Counted from the stretch's first letter, positions 10,052 to 20,360 are shown. The stretch is DNA of 64,000 nucleotides from an uncultured Gammaproteobacteria bacterium (GCA_964537315.1 CAZIAP010000001.1:221938-285937); one strand, 5' to 3'. Notes: a model not told the origin generated them from the sequence alone. Made by a program: numbers and translations.

Positions 10052-10618
10052 ATGAACTTCTTGAGTCCAACATTTATCGTCGCAGGTGTTGTAATAGCAA
10101 TACTGGTTTTTCTATGGATTAACTATAATTCACTCGTTACACTCCGTGAACGAGTCCGTGAAGCTTTATCAAGTATAGATATACAATTAAAACGTAGGAC
10201 TGACCTTATTCCAAACCTTGTTGAGACAGTTAAAGGATATGCAAAGCATGAAAAAGGTGTGTTTGAGGAAGTAACCAAAGCACGATCAAGTCTCATGAAG
10301 GCTGAGTCTCCACACCAGAAAGCAGAAGCAAATAATATGCTTACTGACGCTTTAAAGTCTTTATTTGCTGTAGCTGAAGCTTATCCCGACCTGAAAGCAA
10401 GTGAAAACTTTAAACACCTTCAGGAAGAGTTATCTGACACAGAAGACAAAATTTCTTATTCTCGTCAGTTTTATAACTCAAACGTTCTTTCATACAATAC
10501 CCGTCTAAAAACTGTTCCGACTGTATTCATTGCGAACATATTCGGATTTAAGGAAGAACAGTTCTTCGAAACAGACGAAGGTGATCATGAACCGGTCAAA
10601 GTAGATTTTTCTTCATAA
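10052..10618 (+). CDS. lemA: LemA family membrane protein
   Basis: N-terminal TM helix followed by [39 protein letters not shown]...[13 protein letters not shown], which is typical of LemA. Confidence 0.8.
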   Translation: MNFLSPTFIVAGVVIAILVFLWINYNSLVTLRERVREALSSIDIQLKRRTDLIPNLVETVKGYAKHEKGVFEEVTKARSSLMKAESPHQKAEANNMLTDALKSLFAVAEAYPDLKASENFKHLQEELSDTEDKISYSRQFYNSNVLSYNTRLKTVPTVFIANIFGFKEEQFFETDEGDHEPVKVDFSS

Positions 10619-10686
10619 TTTTCAATTAATCTTCATAGCTATCTTCTATTCGTAGCCTTATTCGGTTAGAATATATATATCCATAT

Positions 10687-12084
10687 ATGAAATTTAGTAC
10701 ATTAACCAGTATTGCGGCAGGAAAAGTAACAAATGCCATAATAAAAGAGTTCGGACTAGGGTCCGGAAGCACCTGGCCCGGCCACATAGCACTAAAACTT
10801 AATAAAACATTTCTTAAAGATCTTACTAATAAAAAAAACTTAAAGATAGTCCTCATTGTAGGAACAAACGGAAAAACTACAACGGCAAAACTGCTCAGAC
10901 ATATTTTAGAAAAAAACGGACTGAAAGTTTTTCAAAATGACGAGGGCGCAAATCTCATAAACGGTATAGCGACTAGCTTACTTCGTAACTCTACTATCCT
11001 GAACAATATCCCATATGATGCGGCAATTTTTGAGGTTGATGAGAATAATCTACCGAAAGTATTAGCTCAGATAAACCCTTCTGCTATTGTTTTTCTCAAC
11101 CTATTCCGTGATCAGCTCGATCGGTATGGAGAAGTACACACCATAGCAAGTAGATGGCAAGAAGCACTTAAAAAAGTTTCTTCTAGGACAATGGTACTTC
11201 TGAACGCAGATGACCCAGAAATTCGATATTTGCTCAAAAGTATAAATGGAAAATCACGCTACTTCTCTATTCCTAATAAGTATCTTTCAGCGAAAAAAAC
11301 TTCATATGATACTGATTCAACTCACTGTCCGTCGTGTGGCACGAAATTAAAATTTTCAAAAATTGCATATTCTCACATAGGTAAGTACACTTGTCCAAAA
11401 TGTAAATTTACTAATGAAAATTTGCTTGACGGCGGACGAGGCATTAAAGGGGAAGTTGATGAGTCATTTCCAATACCGCTTGCAGGCACATATAACGTTT
11501 ATAACACACACGCAGCAGTTAAGACTGCGATAGAAGTATTTAATATACCATCGGAGAAAATAAGAGAAGCTTTAAAAGACTTTAAACCTGCATTTGGTAG
11601 ACAAGAGGTACTTAAGTACAAAGCACGTAGGTTTATCATGTTACTATCAAAAAACCCTGCAGGTTTTAATCAATCAATTTCAGCCATCAAAGAAGTTTAC
11701 AAGTCTAATGATTCTAGAGCAGATCAAGATAAGCGTCGATCTGAAAATGCTGGACCACACCCTAATATTTTAATTGCACTAAACGATAGGATACCTGATG
11801 GACGAGATGTATCTTGGATATGGGATGTAGATTTTGAAGAACTCAATGACAACTCAGCGACAATCATGGTTACCGGGGATAGAGCATATGAGATGGGACT
11901 TCGATTGAAATACTCTACAGAAAGCCAAAAACATAGTTCAGGAGTTAAAATTTTTACAGACAGCAAAAAAGCTATAGACGAACTAGTAAACGCTACACCA
12001 GAGGGAGAGTTAGCATTTATTCTTCCAACTTATTCTGCGATGCTTGAGTTAAGAAAAATCCTAACCGGAAGGGAAATTCTTTAG
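10687..12084 (+). CDS. murT: Lipid II isoglutaminyl synthase, Mur-ligase-like subunit MurT (Mur ligase central domain, Cys4 zinc ribbon, DUF1727)
   Basis: P-loop VGTNGKTTTAKLL. CPSCGTKLKFSKIAYSHIGKYTCPKCKF forms a 4-Cys ribbon. It is immediately followed by, and translationally abutting, a GatD-like gene. Confidence 0.8.
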   Translation: MKFSTLTSIAAGKVTNAIIKEFGLGSGSTWPGHIALKLNKTFLKDLTNKKNLKIVLIVGTNGKTTTAKLLRHILEKNGLKVFQNDEGANLINGIATSLLRNSTILNNIPYDAAIFEVDENNLPKVLAQINPSAIVFLNLFRDQLDRYGEVHTIASRWQEALKKVSSRTMVLLNADDPEIRYLLKSINGKSRYFSIPNKYLSAKKTSYDTDSTHCPSCGTKLKFSKIAYSHIGKYTCPKCKFTNENLLDGGRGIKGEVDESFPIPLAGTYNVYNTHAAVKTAIEVFNIPSEKIREALKDFKPAFGRQEVLKYKARRFIMLLSKNPAGFNQSISAIKEVYKSNDSRADQDKRRSENAGPHPNILIALNDRIPDGRDVSWIWDVDFEELNDNSATIMVTGDRAYEMGLRLKYSTESQKHSSGVKIFTDSKKAIDELVNATPEGELAFILPTYSAMLELRKILTGREIL

Positions 12085-12897
12085 ATGGAAAATAAAAACT
12101 TGAGAGAGGAAAACTTATCATTAACAATTGGCTGGTTATATCCTGATCTGATGAGTACTTATGGTGACAGAGGAAATATTCTGGTACTAAAAAAACGCTG
12201 TGAATGGAGAGGCATAAAAGTGAAAATACTTCATATAACTCCAGAAACCCCTGAGCATGAACTTTCATCCATCAACTTGCTTTTCGGTGGAGGCGCGCAA
12301 GATCGTGAGCAAGAGATAGTAATGCGTGATTTAAAGGGGAGAAAAGGTATTTGTATCAAAGATTTAATCGAACAATATATTCCATCATTGTTTGTGTGTG
12401 GCTCACCACAGTTAATGGGTAAATTTTATGAACCATCATCGGGAAAAAGAATTGAGGGATTAGGAATATTTGATATGGAGACTAGGCATCCTGGACCCAA
12501 CAACGACAGACTAATCGGCAATGTGGTAGCAAGAGTAAATTGGGATAACTTAGCTGTTCACAGTTCACAGTTCAAAGTTCACAGTGACTACATCGTTGGA
12601 TTTGAAAATCATGGAGGAAGAACTCGATTAGGCCAGAATGCAAAACCATTTGCAACAGTTGTAAAAGGTTACGGCAATAATGGCGAGGACAACACAGAGG
12701 GGGTAGTATACAAAAACGCGATCGGATGTTATTTTCATGGTCCCCTACTTCCAAAAAATCCTCATATCGCAGACTTCTTAATTCAGAGGGCGCTGGAAGT
12801 AAAATATGCAAAAAAAATCCAACTTACCCCACTGAATGATCAATTGGAAAAACAAGCTCACTATGCAATTGTAAAAAAGCTTGGTGTTAAGATATAA
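12085..12897 (+). CDS. gatD: Lipid II isoglutaminyl synthase glutaminase subunit GatD (class-I glutamine amidotransferase-like, CobQ/CobB type)
   Basis: LTIGWLYPDLMSTYGDRGNILVL...FVCGSPQLMG (catalytic Cys context). Its start codon directly follows the murT stop. Confidence 0.75.
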   Translation: MENKNLREENLSLTIGWLYPDLMSTYGDRGNILVLKKRCEWRGIKVKILHITPETPEHELSSINLLFGGGAQDREQEIVMRDLKGRKGICIKDLIEQYIPSLFVCGSPQLMGKFYEPSSGKRIEGLGIFDMETRHPGPNNDRLIGNVVARVNWDNLAVHSSQFKVHSDYIVGFENHGGRTRLGQNAKPFATVVKGYGNNGEDNTEGVVYKNAIGCYFHGPLLPKNPHIADFLIQRALEVKYAKKIQLTPLNDQLEKQAHYAIVKKLGVKI

Positions 12898-12921
12898 TGC
12901 GGATATAAAACTTTTAGCCCC

Positions 12922-13209
12922 ATGAAAATAATAGATGTCAATCATATTGCCAAACTAGCCAATTTAACTCTTGAAAAAGATGAAGTAGAAAAATTTCAAA
13001 AGCAACTCTCCGAAGTACTTGACTATATCTCAAGACTTAATGAGTTAAACACTACTGATATTGAACCGACTAGCCAAGTAACAGGACTTGAAAATGTAAC
13101 GCGTGACGATAAAATCAAACCTTCACTTACCCAAGAAGAGGCGCTTTCTAATGCAGCCTCTCAGCATAATGGGCTTTTTAGAGTGAAAGGTGTATTTGAA
13201 AATGAGTAA
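12922..13209 (+). CDS. gatC: Asp/Glu-tRNA(Asn/Gln) amidotransferase subunit C
   Basis: MKIIDVNHIAKLANLTLEKDEVEKFQKQLSEVLDYISRLNELNTTDIEPT is a typical GatC. It lies upstream of gatA and gatB. Confidence 0.8.
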   Translation: MKIIDVNHIAKLANLTLEKDEVEKFQKQLSEVLDYISRLNELNTTDIEPTSQVTGLENVTRDDKIKPSLTQEEALSNAASQHNGLFRVKGVFENE

Positions 13210-13468
13210 GAGAATTGAGAAAAAAGTACTTCCTGAATATTTTGAAAAAATATTGATTGGTGATAAAACATTTGAATTAAGACTTGCAGACTTCGATTGT
13301 AAATCAGGAGACATATTGGTACTTAAAGAGTGGGATCATATTGATAAGAGATTTACAGGAAGAACTTTAGAAAAAAAAGTAACCTACGTGCTTAAAACAA
13401 AAGATATTAAATTTTGGACAGATGAGGAAGTAAAAAAATTTGGCTACCAAATAATTTCATTTAAATAA
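13202..13468 (+). CDS. Small ASCH-like (DUF3850-type) protein inserted between gatC and gatA
   Basis: MSKRIEKKVLPEYFEKILIGDKTFELRLADFDCKSGDILVLKEWDHIDKRFTGRTLEKKVTYV matches the DUF3850/ASCH pattern (PEYFE..G.KTFE.R..D....GD.L.L.E). The track ORF begins at 13190; the ATG at 13202 is preferred and overlaps the gatC stop. Confidence 0.5.
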   Translation: MSKRIEKKVLPEYFEKILIGDKTFELRLADFDCKSGDILVLKEWDHIDKRFTGRTLEKKVTYVLKTKDIKFWTDEEVKKFGYQIISFK

Positions 13469-13470
13469 CT

Positions 13471-14922
13471 ATGGATACAAAACAATTAACAATTTTTGAG
13501 GCAAAGAAAATGCTGGCTGCAAAAGAAATAAGTGCGACGGAACTGACAAAGGCATATTTATCCCAAATTGAGAAATATGATTCAGAGATAAATGCTTTTA
13601 TTACAGTTACCAACGAAGATGCAATCAGGCAGGCAGAATCAGCTGACAAACTGCTGTCTATGCAAGACGAATCTCTCCACAAAGAAAAGCCATTGCTCGG
13701 AATTCCGGTTGCTTTAAAAGATCTTTTTGTCACCCACGGAACACGTACCACAGCCGCATCCAAAGTTCTTGAGCACTACATTCCACAATTTGATGGAACC
13801 GTCGTTAAAAAACTCAAGGATGCAGGAGCTGTAATTGTAGGAAAAACCAATTGCGATGCGTGGGCACACGGTTCGAGCGGTGAGAACTCAGATTTTGGCC
13901 CTACACGTAACCCATACAACAAAGAATATGTACCGGGAGGGTCTTCAAGCGGTTCACCAGCTGCGGTCGCATCCAATATGTCTCTTATGGCTACAGGAAC
14001 TGATACGGGGGGATCAATACGTCTTCCAGCAAGCTTTACAAATACCGTGGGATTAAAGCCAACATATGGACGGGTTAGCAGATATGGAGTTATTGCGATG
14101 GCATCATCACTAGACTCAGTAGGACATTTTACAAAGACGGTTGAAGATAACGCGCTGGTTCTTAATGTAACTGCAGGAAAAGATGAGATGGACGCAACTA
14201 CTCCTCCAAAAGAGGTTACTGATTACACTGAAAATATCACTGATGGAGTAAAAAACCTAAAAATTGGAGTACCAAAAGAGTATTTTATAGAAGGACTTGA
14301 TCCTCGCATCAAAGAAAGGATAGAAGACGTAATAAAGTTTTATGAATCACAAGGAGCAAAAATAGTTGATATTTCACTTCCTCACACAAAATTTGCAATA
14401 GAAGTATATTATGTTGTCCAAACAGCAGAAGTCTCATCTAATCTAGCTCGCTACACAGGTATCAGGTTTGGCACTGACCGATCTAATTTGGGCGATGAAG
14501 CAAAAAGAAGAATAATGCTTGGCACATATGTGCTCTCTTCTGGCTATTATGACGCTTATTATAAAAAAGCTATGCAAGTACGTACACTCTTGAAAAAAGA
14601 CTTTGACGAAGCATTTAGTCAGTCTGTAGATGGAGTAGACGTGTTACTTACACCCGCATCCCCTTCTCTTCCGTTTAAAATTGGAGCAAAAACCGATGAC
14701 CCTCTGCAAATGTATCTATCAGATATATTTACAGTCCATGCAAACCTTGTTGGTGTTCCAGGAATTTCGGTCCCTGCCGGATTTATAGATGGATTACCGG
14801 TTGGGTTCCAGCTACTTGGAAAGCACTTTGATGAAGCTACTCTTTACAAAACAGCTCATACCTATGAACAAGCTAACCCACACTGGAAGGAGGAACCAAA
14901 ATTAATTTCTAATATCAAGTAA
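13471..14922 (+). CDS. gatA: Glutamyl-tRNA(Gln) amidotransferase subunit A (amidase signature family)
   Basis: Amidase signature GGSSSGSPAAVASNMSLMATGTDTGGSIRLPAS with Ser-cisSer-Lys triad context. Operonic with gatC and gatB. Confidence 0.9.
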   Translation: MDTKQLTIFEAKKMLAAKEISATELTKAYLSQIEKYDSEINAFITVTNEDAIRQAESADKLLSMQDESLHKEKPLLGIPVALKDLFVTHGTRTTAASKVLEHYIPQFDGTVVKKLKDAGAVIVGKTNCDAWAHGSSGENSDFGPTRNPYNKEYVPGGSSSGSPAAVASNMSLMATGTDTGGSIRLPASFTNTVGLKPTYGRVSRYGVIAMASSLDSVGHFTKTVEDNALVLNVTAGKDEMDATTPPKEVTDYTENITDGVKNLKIGVPKEYFIEGLDPRIKERIEDVIKFYESQGAKIVDISLPHTKFAIEVYYVVQTAEVSSNLARYTGIRFGTDRSNLGDEAKRRIMLGTYVLSSGYYDAYYKKAMQVRTLLKKDFDEAFSQSVDGVDVLLTPASPSLPFKIGAKTDDPLQMYLSDIFTVHANLVGVPGISVPAGFIDGLPVGFQLLGKHFDEATLYKTAHTYEQANPHWKEEPKLISNIK

Positions 14923-14972
14923 CTAATTCTTAATTTAGTTAGAAATTAGACATTAGTAATTTTAAATTTTAC

Positions 14973-16307
14973 ATGCAATATCTACCAATCATTGGTCTTG
15001 AAACACACATAGAACTTTCAACAGAGAGTAAGATGTTTTGTGGATGTAAAGCAAACTACTTTGGTGAAAAACCAAACACCCATACTTGCCCAGTGTGTCT
15101 AGGACTGCCCGGTGCACTCCCTGTTCCAAATATGACTGCCATTGAATGGTGTATTAAAATCGCACTTGCCCTTAATTGTAAAATTAGTGAATTTTCAAAG
15201 TTTGATAGAAAAAATTACTTCTACCCCGACCTTCCAAAAGGATATCAAATTAGTCAGTATGATCTGCCATTTGGGGAACGTGGGTTTATGGAACTATCTA
15301 ACGGCAGAAAAATCGGGATTACTCGCGTACACATGGAAGAAGATACCGGCAAACTAACTCACCAAGAAGTAAACGGTGCAAAATCTAGCTTAATCGATTT
15401 TAATAGATCCAGTGTGCCTTTGGTTGAGATTGTAACTGAGCCCGATTTTCATGATGCAAAAGAAGTTTCAGAATACCTACGCAGGTTACAACAAATTGTA
15501 CGTTATCTTGGTGTATCAAACGCCGATATGGAAAAAGGAGATATGAGGTTAGAACCGAATATATCCGTGGCGGAAATCGAGAATACAGAATCAGAGGTTA
15601 ACAAATTGCCTGCATACAAAGTTGAAGTAAAAAATATTAACTCATTCAGGTTTGTAGAAAAAGCAATAGATTACGAAGTTAAAAGGCATACTGAGATATT
15701 AAAAAAAGGGGAAACACCTACTCAAGAAACAAGAGGATGGAATGATCCGAAAGGTGAAACATTCTCTCAAAGAGTGAAAGAAGAAGCAAATGATTACCGG
15801 TACTTTCCTGAGCCGGATATTCCTCCATTTCGATTTGAAAAGTCATATGTGGAGGAGCTAAGAAGTCTCATACCAGAGCTACCACTGGAAAAAGAGAAAC
15901 GATTTATAAAAGAATACAATATTTCTGATTATGACGCAGAGATTCTAACAAGGGAAAAAAATCTAGCTGACTATTATGAAGAGGCTTTGGCTATCGGGTT
16001 GGACCATGAACTTACTCCAAAACAAGTTGCCAACGCAATAATCAACAAAAAAATTAATCCAGAAAAAGTATTGGCAGCAACACTGGTAAAGCAAATCATT
16101 GAAGAAAACATAGTTGAAACCATTGACGAGGCCAAGCTTGAGTCTTTAATTACAGAAGTATTTTCTGAGAATGAAAAGGCAGTACAAGACTTCAAAAGTG
16201 GAAAGGAATCTGTCATAATGTACCTACTGGGACAGACGATGCGAAAAATCGGTAAAAAAGTAGATACAAAAATGGTCTTAGATAAAATCAAATCCCAGCT
16301 TCAATAG
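14973..16307 (+). CDS. gatB: Asp/Glu-tRNA amidotransferase subunit B
   Basis: MQYLPIIGLETHIELSTESKMFCGC...PVCLGLPGALP, plus C-terminal YqeY/GatB helical domain. Confidence 0.9.
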   Translation: MQYLPIIGLETHIELSTESKMFCGCKANYFGEKPNTHTCPVCLGLPGALPVPNMTAIEWCIKIALALNCKISEFSKFDRKNYFYPDLPKGYQISQYDLPFGERGFMELSNGRKIGITRVHMEEDTGKLTHQEVNGAKSSLIDFNRSSVPLVEIVTEPDFHDAKEVSEYLRRLQQIVRYLGVSNADMEKGDMRLEPNISVAEIENTESEVNKLPAYKVEVKNINSFRFVEKAIDYEVKRHTEILKKGETPTQETRGWNDPKGETFSQRVKEEANDYRYFPEPDIPPFRFEKSYVEELRSLIPELPLEKEKRFIKEYNISDYDAEILTREKNLADYYEEALAIGLDHELTPKQVANAIINKKINPEKVLAATLVKQIIEENIVETIDEAKLESLITEVFSENEKAVQDFKSGKESVIMYLLGQTMRKIGKKVDTKMVLDKIKSQLQ

Positions 16308-16309
16308 CT

Positions 16310-17089
16310 ATGAGTGAATTTGGACCCAAACCCCCACATACAGACAATAATGAACAGAACGAAGTAAGGTCTGAAGAAAACAAGCTGATTAGAGAAACAA
16401 TGGATGTTTATCTATCAGAAGGTAAAGAATTAGAAAATTCTGAAAATCTTTACGAGCAAGAGGCAATTCAAAGAGCGACTGCAAAGGTAAATGAATTAAA
16501 TTTTTATGTTGAAAATAATATACTTACAAGAGAAGAAGCAAACTCAATTCTAGCTCTTGAAATGGCAAGAATTGAATTGAATGGATTGATAGATCCTAAA
16601 ACTAATTCTTTAAACGAGAACGGTATCAATGAGAGGCTGGCAGCAGAGATAAGCCATATAAATAGACATCCTGAAGAATCACTGTCTGTAGGATATTTTG
16701 ATTTAGTTGGATTTAAATCAGTTAACGATTTATTAGGTCACGAAACAGGTGATAAAGTTCTCGCCTACTTTCATCAATTCGTAAAAGAGAATATCAGGAC
16801 TGAAGATTTTGGAGGAAGGCTTCATGGAGACGAATTCTTATATGCATTCCCATCGTCAGATCCAGAGTCAATAAGTGAAAAACTTTCACCACAACTGCTA
16901 AGAGAACAATTTTCAGAGTACGTAAAAGAAAAGTTAAAAGATGAAGGTGTCGATACACAAAATATAAACATATATGCAAGAGTTGGTTTAGCTTCTTTTG
17001 AGCAAGGCGACAGCGTAAAAAGCCTAAAAGATAAAGCAGATATGGAAATGAACGCGCAACGAAATCTAGACGACACAGACGAAAGATAG
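16310..17089 (+). CDS. GGDEF-domain protein with degenerate signature (HGDEF) and N-terminal coiled-coil region
   Basis: SVGYFDLVGFKSVNDLLGHETGDKVLAYFHQFV...FGGRLHGDEFLYAFPSSD aligns to the GGDEF core (DiDhFKxiNDtyGHxxGDevL ... RyGGEEF). The first Gly is replaced by His, and DID becomes DLV. Confidence 0.6.
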   Translation: MSEFGPKPPHTDNNEQNEVRSEENKLIRETMDVYLSEGKELENSENLYEQEAIQRATAKVNELNFYVENNILTREEANSILALEMARIELNGLIDPKTNSLNENGINERLAAEISHINRHPEESLSVGYFDLVGFKSVNDLLGHETGDKVLAYFHQFVKENIRTEDFGGRLHGDEFLYAFPSSDPESISEKLSPQLLREQFSEYVKEKLKDEGVDTQNINIYARVGLASFEQGDSVKSLKDKADMEMNAQRNLDDTDER

Positions 17090-17090
17090 C

Positions 17091-20000
17091 ATGACTGAGT
17101 TCGTACATCTCCACAATCACTCTGAATATTCTCTTCTAGATGGTCTTTCTCGAGTCGAAGACATGGTATCGCGTGCAAAGGAACTGGGATTCAAGTCCTT
17201 AGCCATCACTGACCATGGCAATATGTACGGTGCCATTCATTTTTATCAGCTATGTTTAAAAGCAGGTATTAAACCAATCATTGGTTGCGAGGTATATGTA
17301 ACCAAAAATCGACTAGAAAAAGGACAGGGCAGTAACGACTATAATCACCTCATACTTCTTGCCAAAAATGAAACTGGCTACAAAAACCTCATCAAAATTG
17401 TAACAGCGTCATATTTGGAGGGATTTTACTATAAACCAAGAACAGATATAGATTTACTGGAAAAATACTCAGAAGGACTTATATGTCTTACTGCTTGCCT
17501 GAACGGATATATCTCAGAACCACTAATGCAAGATGATGTAAAAACTGCTGAGAAAAGATTGCAAAAATTAAACTCAATTTACGGAGATGGAAATTTATAT
17601 TTAGAATTACAACGTCACCAGAATTTAGCAGAACAAGAGACACTCAACGAAAAGCTTATTGGGCTATCCAGGCAGTACGGTATTCCAATCGTTGCAACAA
17701 ATGATAACCACTATGTTAACTCAGACGATGCTGAGGCTCACGATATTTTATTATGTATCGGAACTCAAACCACAGTTGATACTCCAAACCGCAAATTGAA
17801 AATGATTGATTCACCTGACTTTTATTTAAAAAGTGGTGAAGAAATGGCTTCAACCTTCGCACAGTATCCAGAAGCTATAGAAAATACTGTTAAAATTGCT
17901 GAACAGTGCAATCTGGAAATCGAGCTTGGTAAATGGAAAATGCCTATTTTTGATGTGCCTGAAGGACATACACCTGTAACGTACCTTAAAGAAATTGTGG
18001 ATGAAAGGAAAACTGAACGATACCCAGAAATTACTCCAGAAATCCAAGAAAGAATTGACTATGAACTATCAGTAATTATAAACAAAGGCTACGAGACATA
18101 CTTTTTGGTTGTACAGGATTTTGTAAACTGGGCAAAAGAAAATGGCATCTCAGTGGGCCCTGGAAGAGGATCAGCTGCAGGTTCAGTTGTGTCTTACATT
18201 CTGCATATTACGGATATTGATCCTTTCTACTTCAATCTTCCCTTTGAAAGATTTCTTAACCCTGAACGTCCTTCCGCTCCAGATATAGACTTGGATTTTG
18301 CAGACACACGCCGTGAGGAAGTTATTCGATATGTTACTAGTAAATATGGTCACGACAAAGTTGCCCAAATTATTACTTTTGGAAATATGGAGGCTAAAGG
18401 AGCTGTTAGAGACGCAGGTCGAGCATTAGGAATGCCGTATGCCGCTCCTGATAGAATCTCTAAAATGATTCCCCCCGGATGGCAGGGACACGCAATGACA
18501 ATTGAGAATGCGCTTGAGCAAAGTCCTGACTTGCGTAACGCATACAAGTCAGAGCCTGAAACTAAAAAACTGCTTGATGTTGCAAAGAAGCTTGAAGGTG
18601 TTGCCCGCCATGCATCAATTCACGCCGCAGGTGTAGTGATTGCAGATAAACCACTTACTGAATATGTACCGCTTCAAAAAGAGACGAACGGAGAAAAAAT
18701 TGTTACACAGTACGATATGTATACAGTTGGCGAAGATGGTGTTGGATTACTAAAAATGGATTTTTTGGGACTTCGTAACTTAACTATCATCGAAGAAACA
18801 CTCAAATTTATTCGTGTTAATCAGGGAGTTGATATTGAGCTGTCTAAACTTTCGCTCGATGATAAAAAAACATATGACCTGCTATCAGATGCAGAGACTA
18901 CTGGCATATTTCAGCTTGAGTCTGCGGGAATGCGCAGATATATTAAAGAACTCAAGCCATCTAATATTTTTGACCTCATGGCAATGGTTGCCCTCTACCG
19001 TCCAGGTCCTATGGCAGCAATTCCTGAATTTATAGCCAGAAAACACGGAAGAATGGAAGTAACATATCCTGATCCTCGACTTGAAGAAATACTAAAACCC
19101 TCTTATGGAATTCTCGCTTTTCAAGACGACGTATTACTTACCTCAATCATCATTGCTGGGTACAGTTGGCTAGATGCAGATAAATTCCGTAAAGCGATGG
19201 GCAAAAAAATTCCAGAAGAAATGAAAAAGCAGCGAGAGTTATTTATCTCAGGAGCGGTAAAAAACGGACTTGATAAGAAAAAAGCTGAAGACATGTTTGA
19301 TCTTATCGCTCCGTTTGCGGGATACGGGTTTAACAAGGCTCATGCTTCATGCTACGCAACAATTGCTTACCGTACAGCCTACCTTAAAGCTAACTACCCT
19401 GTGGAGTTTATGACTGCGCTACTTACCGCTGAGACAAGAGGTTCATCAGGTCCAGCTAAGAACGAGAAGATTTCACAAGCTATCGCTGAATGTAAACGTC
19501 TAAAAATTAATGTTCTTCCTCCATCAGTAAACCACTCAGAAGCAGAGTTTACCATTGAAGATAGCACTAATATAAGATTCGGCTTATCAGCGATAAAAAA
19601 TGTTGGCACAGCTGCAATATCAGCAATTTTGGAAGCAAGAAAAGACGGACCGTTTAAAAGCATGTATGATTTTGCAAACAGGGTTGAACTGCAGAAAGTG
19701 AATAAGAAAACAATGGAGTCTCTTATAAAAGCAGGAGCAATGGGGGAATTTGGAAAAATGGCTACTCTACTTTCAACATACCCAGTAATATTGGAGAAAA
19801 TAAATAAAAAAGCTAAACAAGCTGCAAAATCACAGGTTAGTTTATTTGGGGAGGAGGAAGAAGAAGAGTCAGGTGAATATGGAATTTTAAACTCCGGTAA
19901 TGATTTCAGTGATCAAGAAAAACTTGCATTTGAAAGAGAACTGTTCGGATTTTTTCTTACCGGACACCCAATGAGTCATGTTATGGAAAACCTTTCTCGA

Positions 20001-20303
20001 TCTGTTACACATACTATTGAACTTTTGAAAGAAGAAACAACAACTCGTAAAGTAAAAACCGGCGGCATGATATGTTCGATTAAACGTATATTTACTAAAA
20101 AATCTAATGCAGAAATGGCATTTATAACTATCGAAGATCAACTCGGACGTCAGATGGAATGTGTTGTTTTTCCAAAGACATATGAAGCAAACAAACAACA
20201 TCTCTTGCAGGACTCTATTGTCCTGATCAATGGATCACTCGACTTCAAGGACGAACAGCCCGTAGTTCTAGTAGAAAACCTCCAAAAATTTTATAATATA
20301 TAG
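17091..20303 (+). CDS. dnaE: DNA polymerase III alpha subunit
   Basis: N-terminal PHP domain FVHLHNHSEYSLLDG, polymerase core ...GPGRGSAAGSVVSYIL..., fingers and OB domains. 1070 aa. Confidence 0.9.
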   Translation: MTEFVHLHNHSEYSLLDGLSRVEDMVSRAKELGFKSLAITDHGNMYGAIHFYQLCLKAGIKPIIGCEVYVTKNRLEKGQGSNDYNHLILLAKNETGYKNLIKIVTASYLEGFYYKPRTDIDLLEKYSEGLICLTACLNGYISEPLMQDDVKTAEKRLQKLNSIYGDGNLYLELQRHQNLAEQETLNEKLIGLSRQYGIPIVATNDNHYVNSDDAEAHDILLCIGTQTTVDTPNRKLKMIDSPDFYLKSGEEMASTFAQYPEAIENTVKIAEQCNLEIELGKWKMPIFDVPEGHTPVTYLKEIVDERKTERYPEITPEIQERIDYELSVIINKGYETYFLVVQDFVNWAKENGISVGPGRGSAAGSVVSYILHITDIDPFYFNLPFERFLNPERPSAPDIDLDFADTRREEVIRYVTSKYGHDKVAQIITFGNMEAKGAVRDAGRALGMPYAAPDRISKMIPPGWQGHAMTIENALEQSPDLRNAYKSEPETKKLLDVAKKLEGVARHASIHAAGVVIADKPLTEYVPLQKETNGEKIVTQYDMYTVGEDGVGLLKMDFLGLRNLTIIEETLKFIRVNQGVDIELSKLSLDDKKTYDLLSDAETTGIFQLESAGMRRYIKELKPSNIFDLMAMVALYRPGPMAAIPEFIARKHGRMEVTYPDPRLEEILKPSYGILAFQDDVLLTSIIIAGYSWLDADKFRKAMGKKIPEEMKKQRELFISGAVKNGLDKKKAEDMFDLIAPFAGYGFNKAHASCYATIAYRTAYLKANYPVEFMTALLTAETRGSSGPAKNEKISQAIAECKRLKINVLPPSVNHSEAEFTIEDSTNIRFGLSAIKNVGTAAISAILEARKDGPFKSMYDFANRVELQKVNKKTMESLIKAGAMGEFGKMATLLSTYPVILEKINKKAKQAAKSQVSLFGEEEEEESGEYGILNSGNDFSDQEKLAFERELFGFFLTGHPMSHVMENLSRSVTHTIELLKEETTTRKVKTGGMICSIKRIFTKKSNAEMAFITIEDQLGRQMECVVFPKTYEANKQHLLQDSIVLINGSLDFKDEQPVVLVENLQKFYNI

Positions 20304-20360
20304 TTCGCACCCAACAGGAAGATATCATATCATATCGAATAATTAATAATTGATCCATGT

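Noticed and set aside
12541-12590. Short tandem repeat (ttcacag x3, encoding VHSSQFKVHSD) inside gatD
   Set aside because: Only three imperfect units, in frame within a coding region and preserving the reading frame. Too short to call a meaningful repeat or phase-variation tract.
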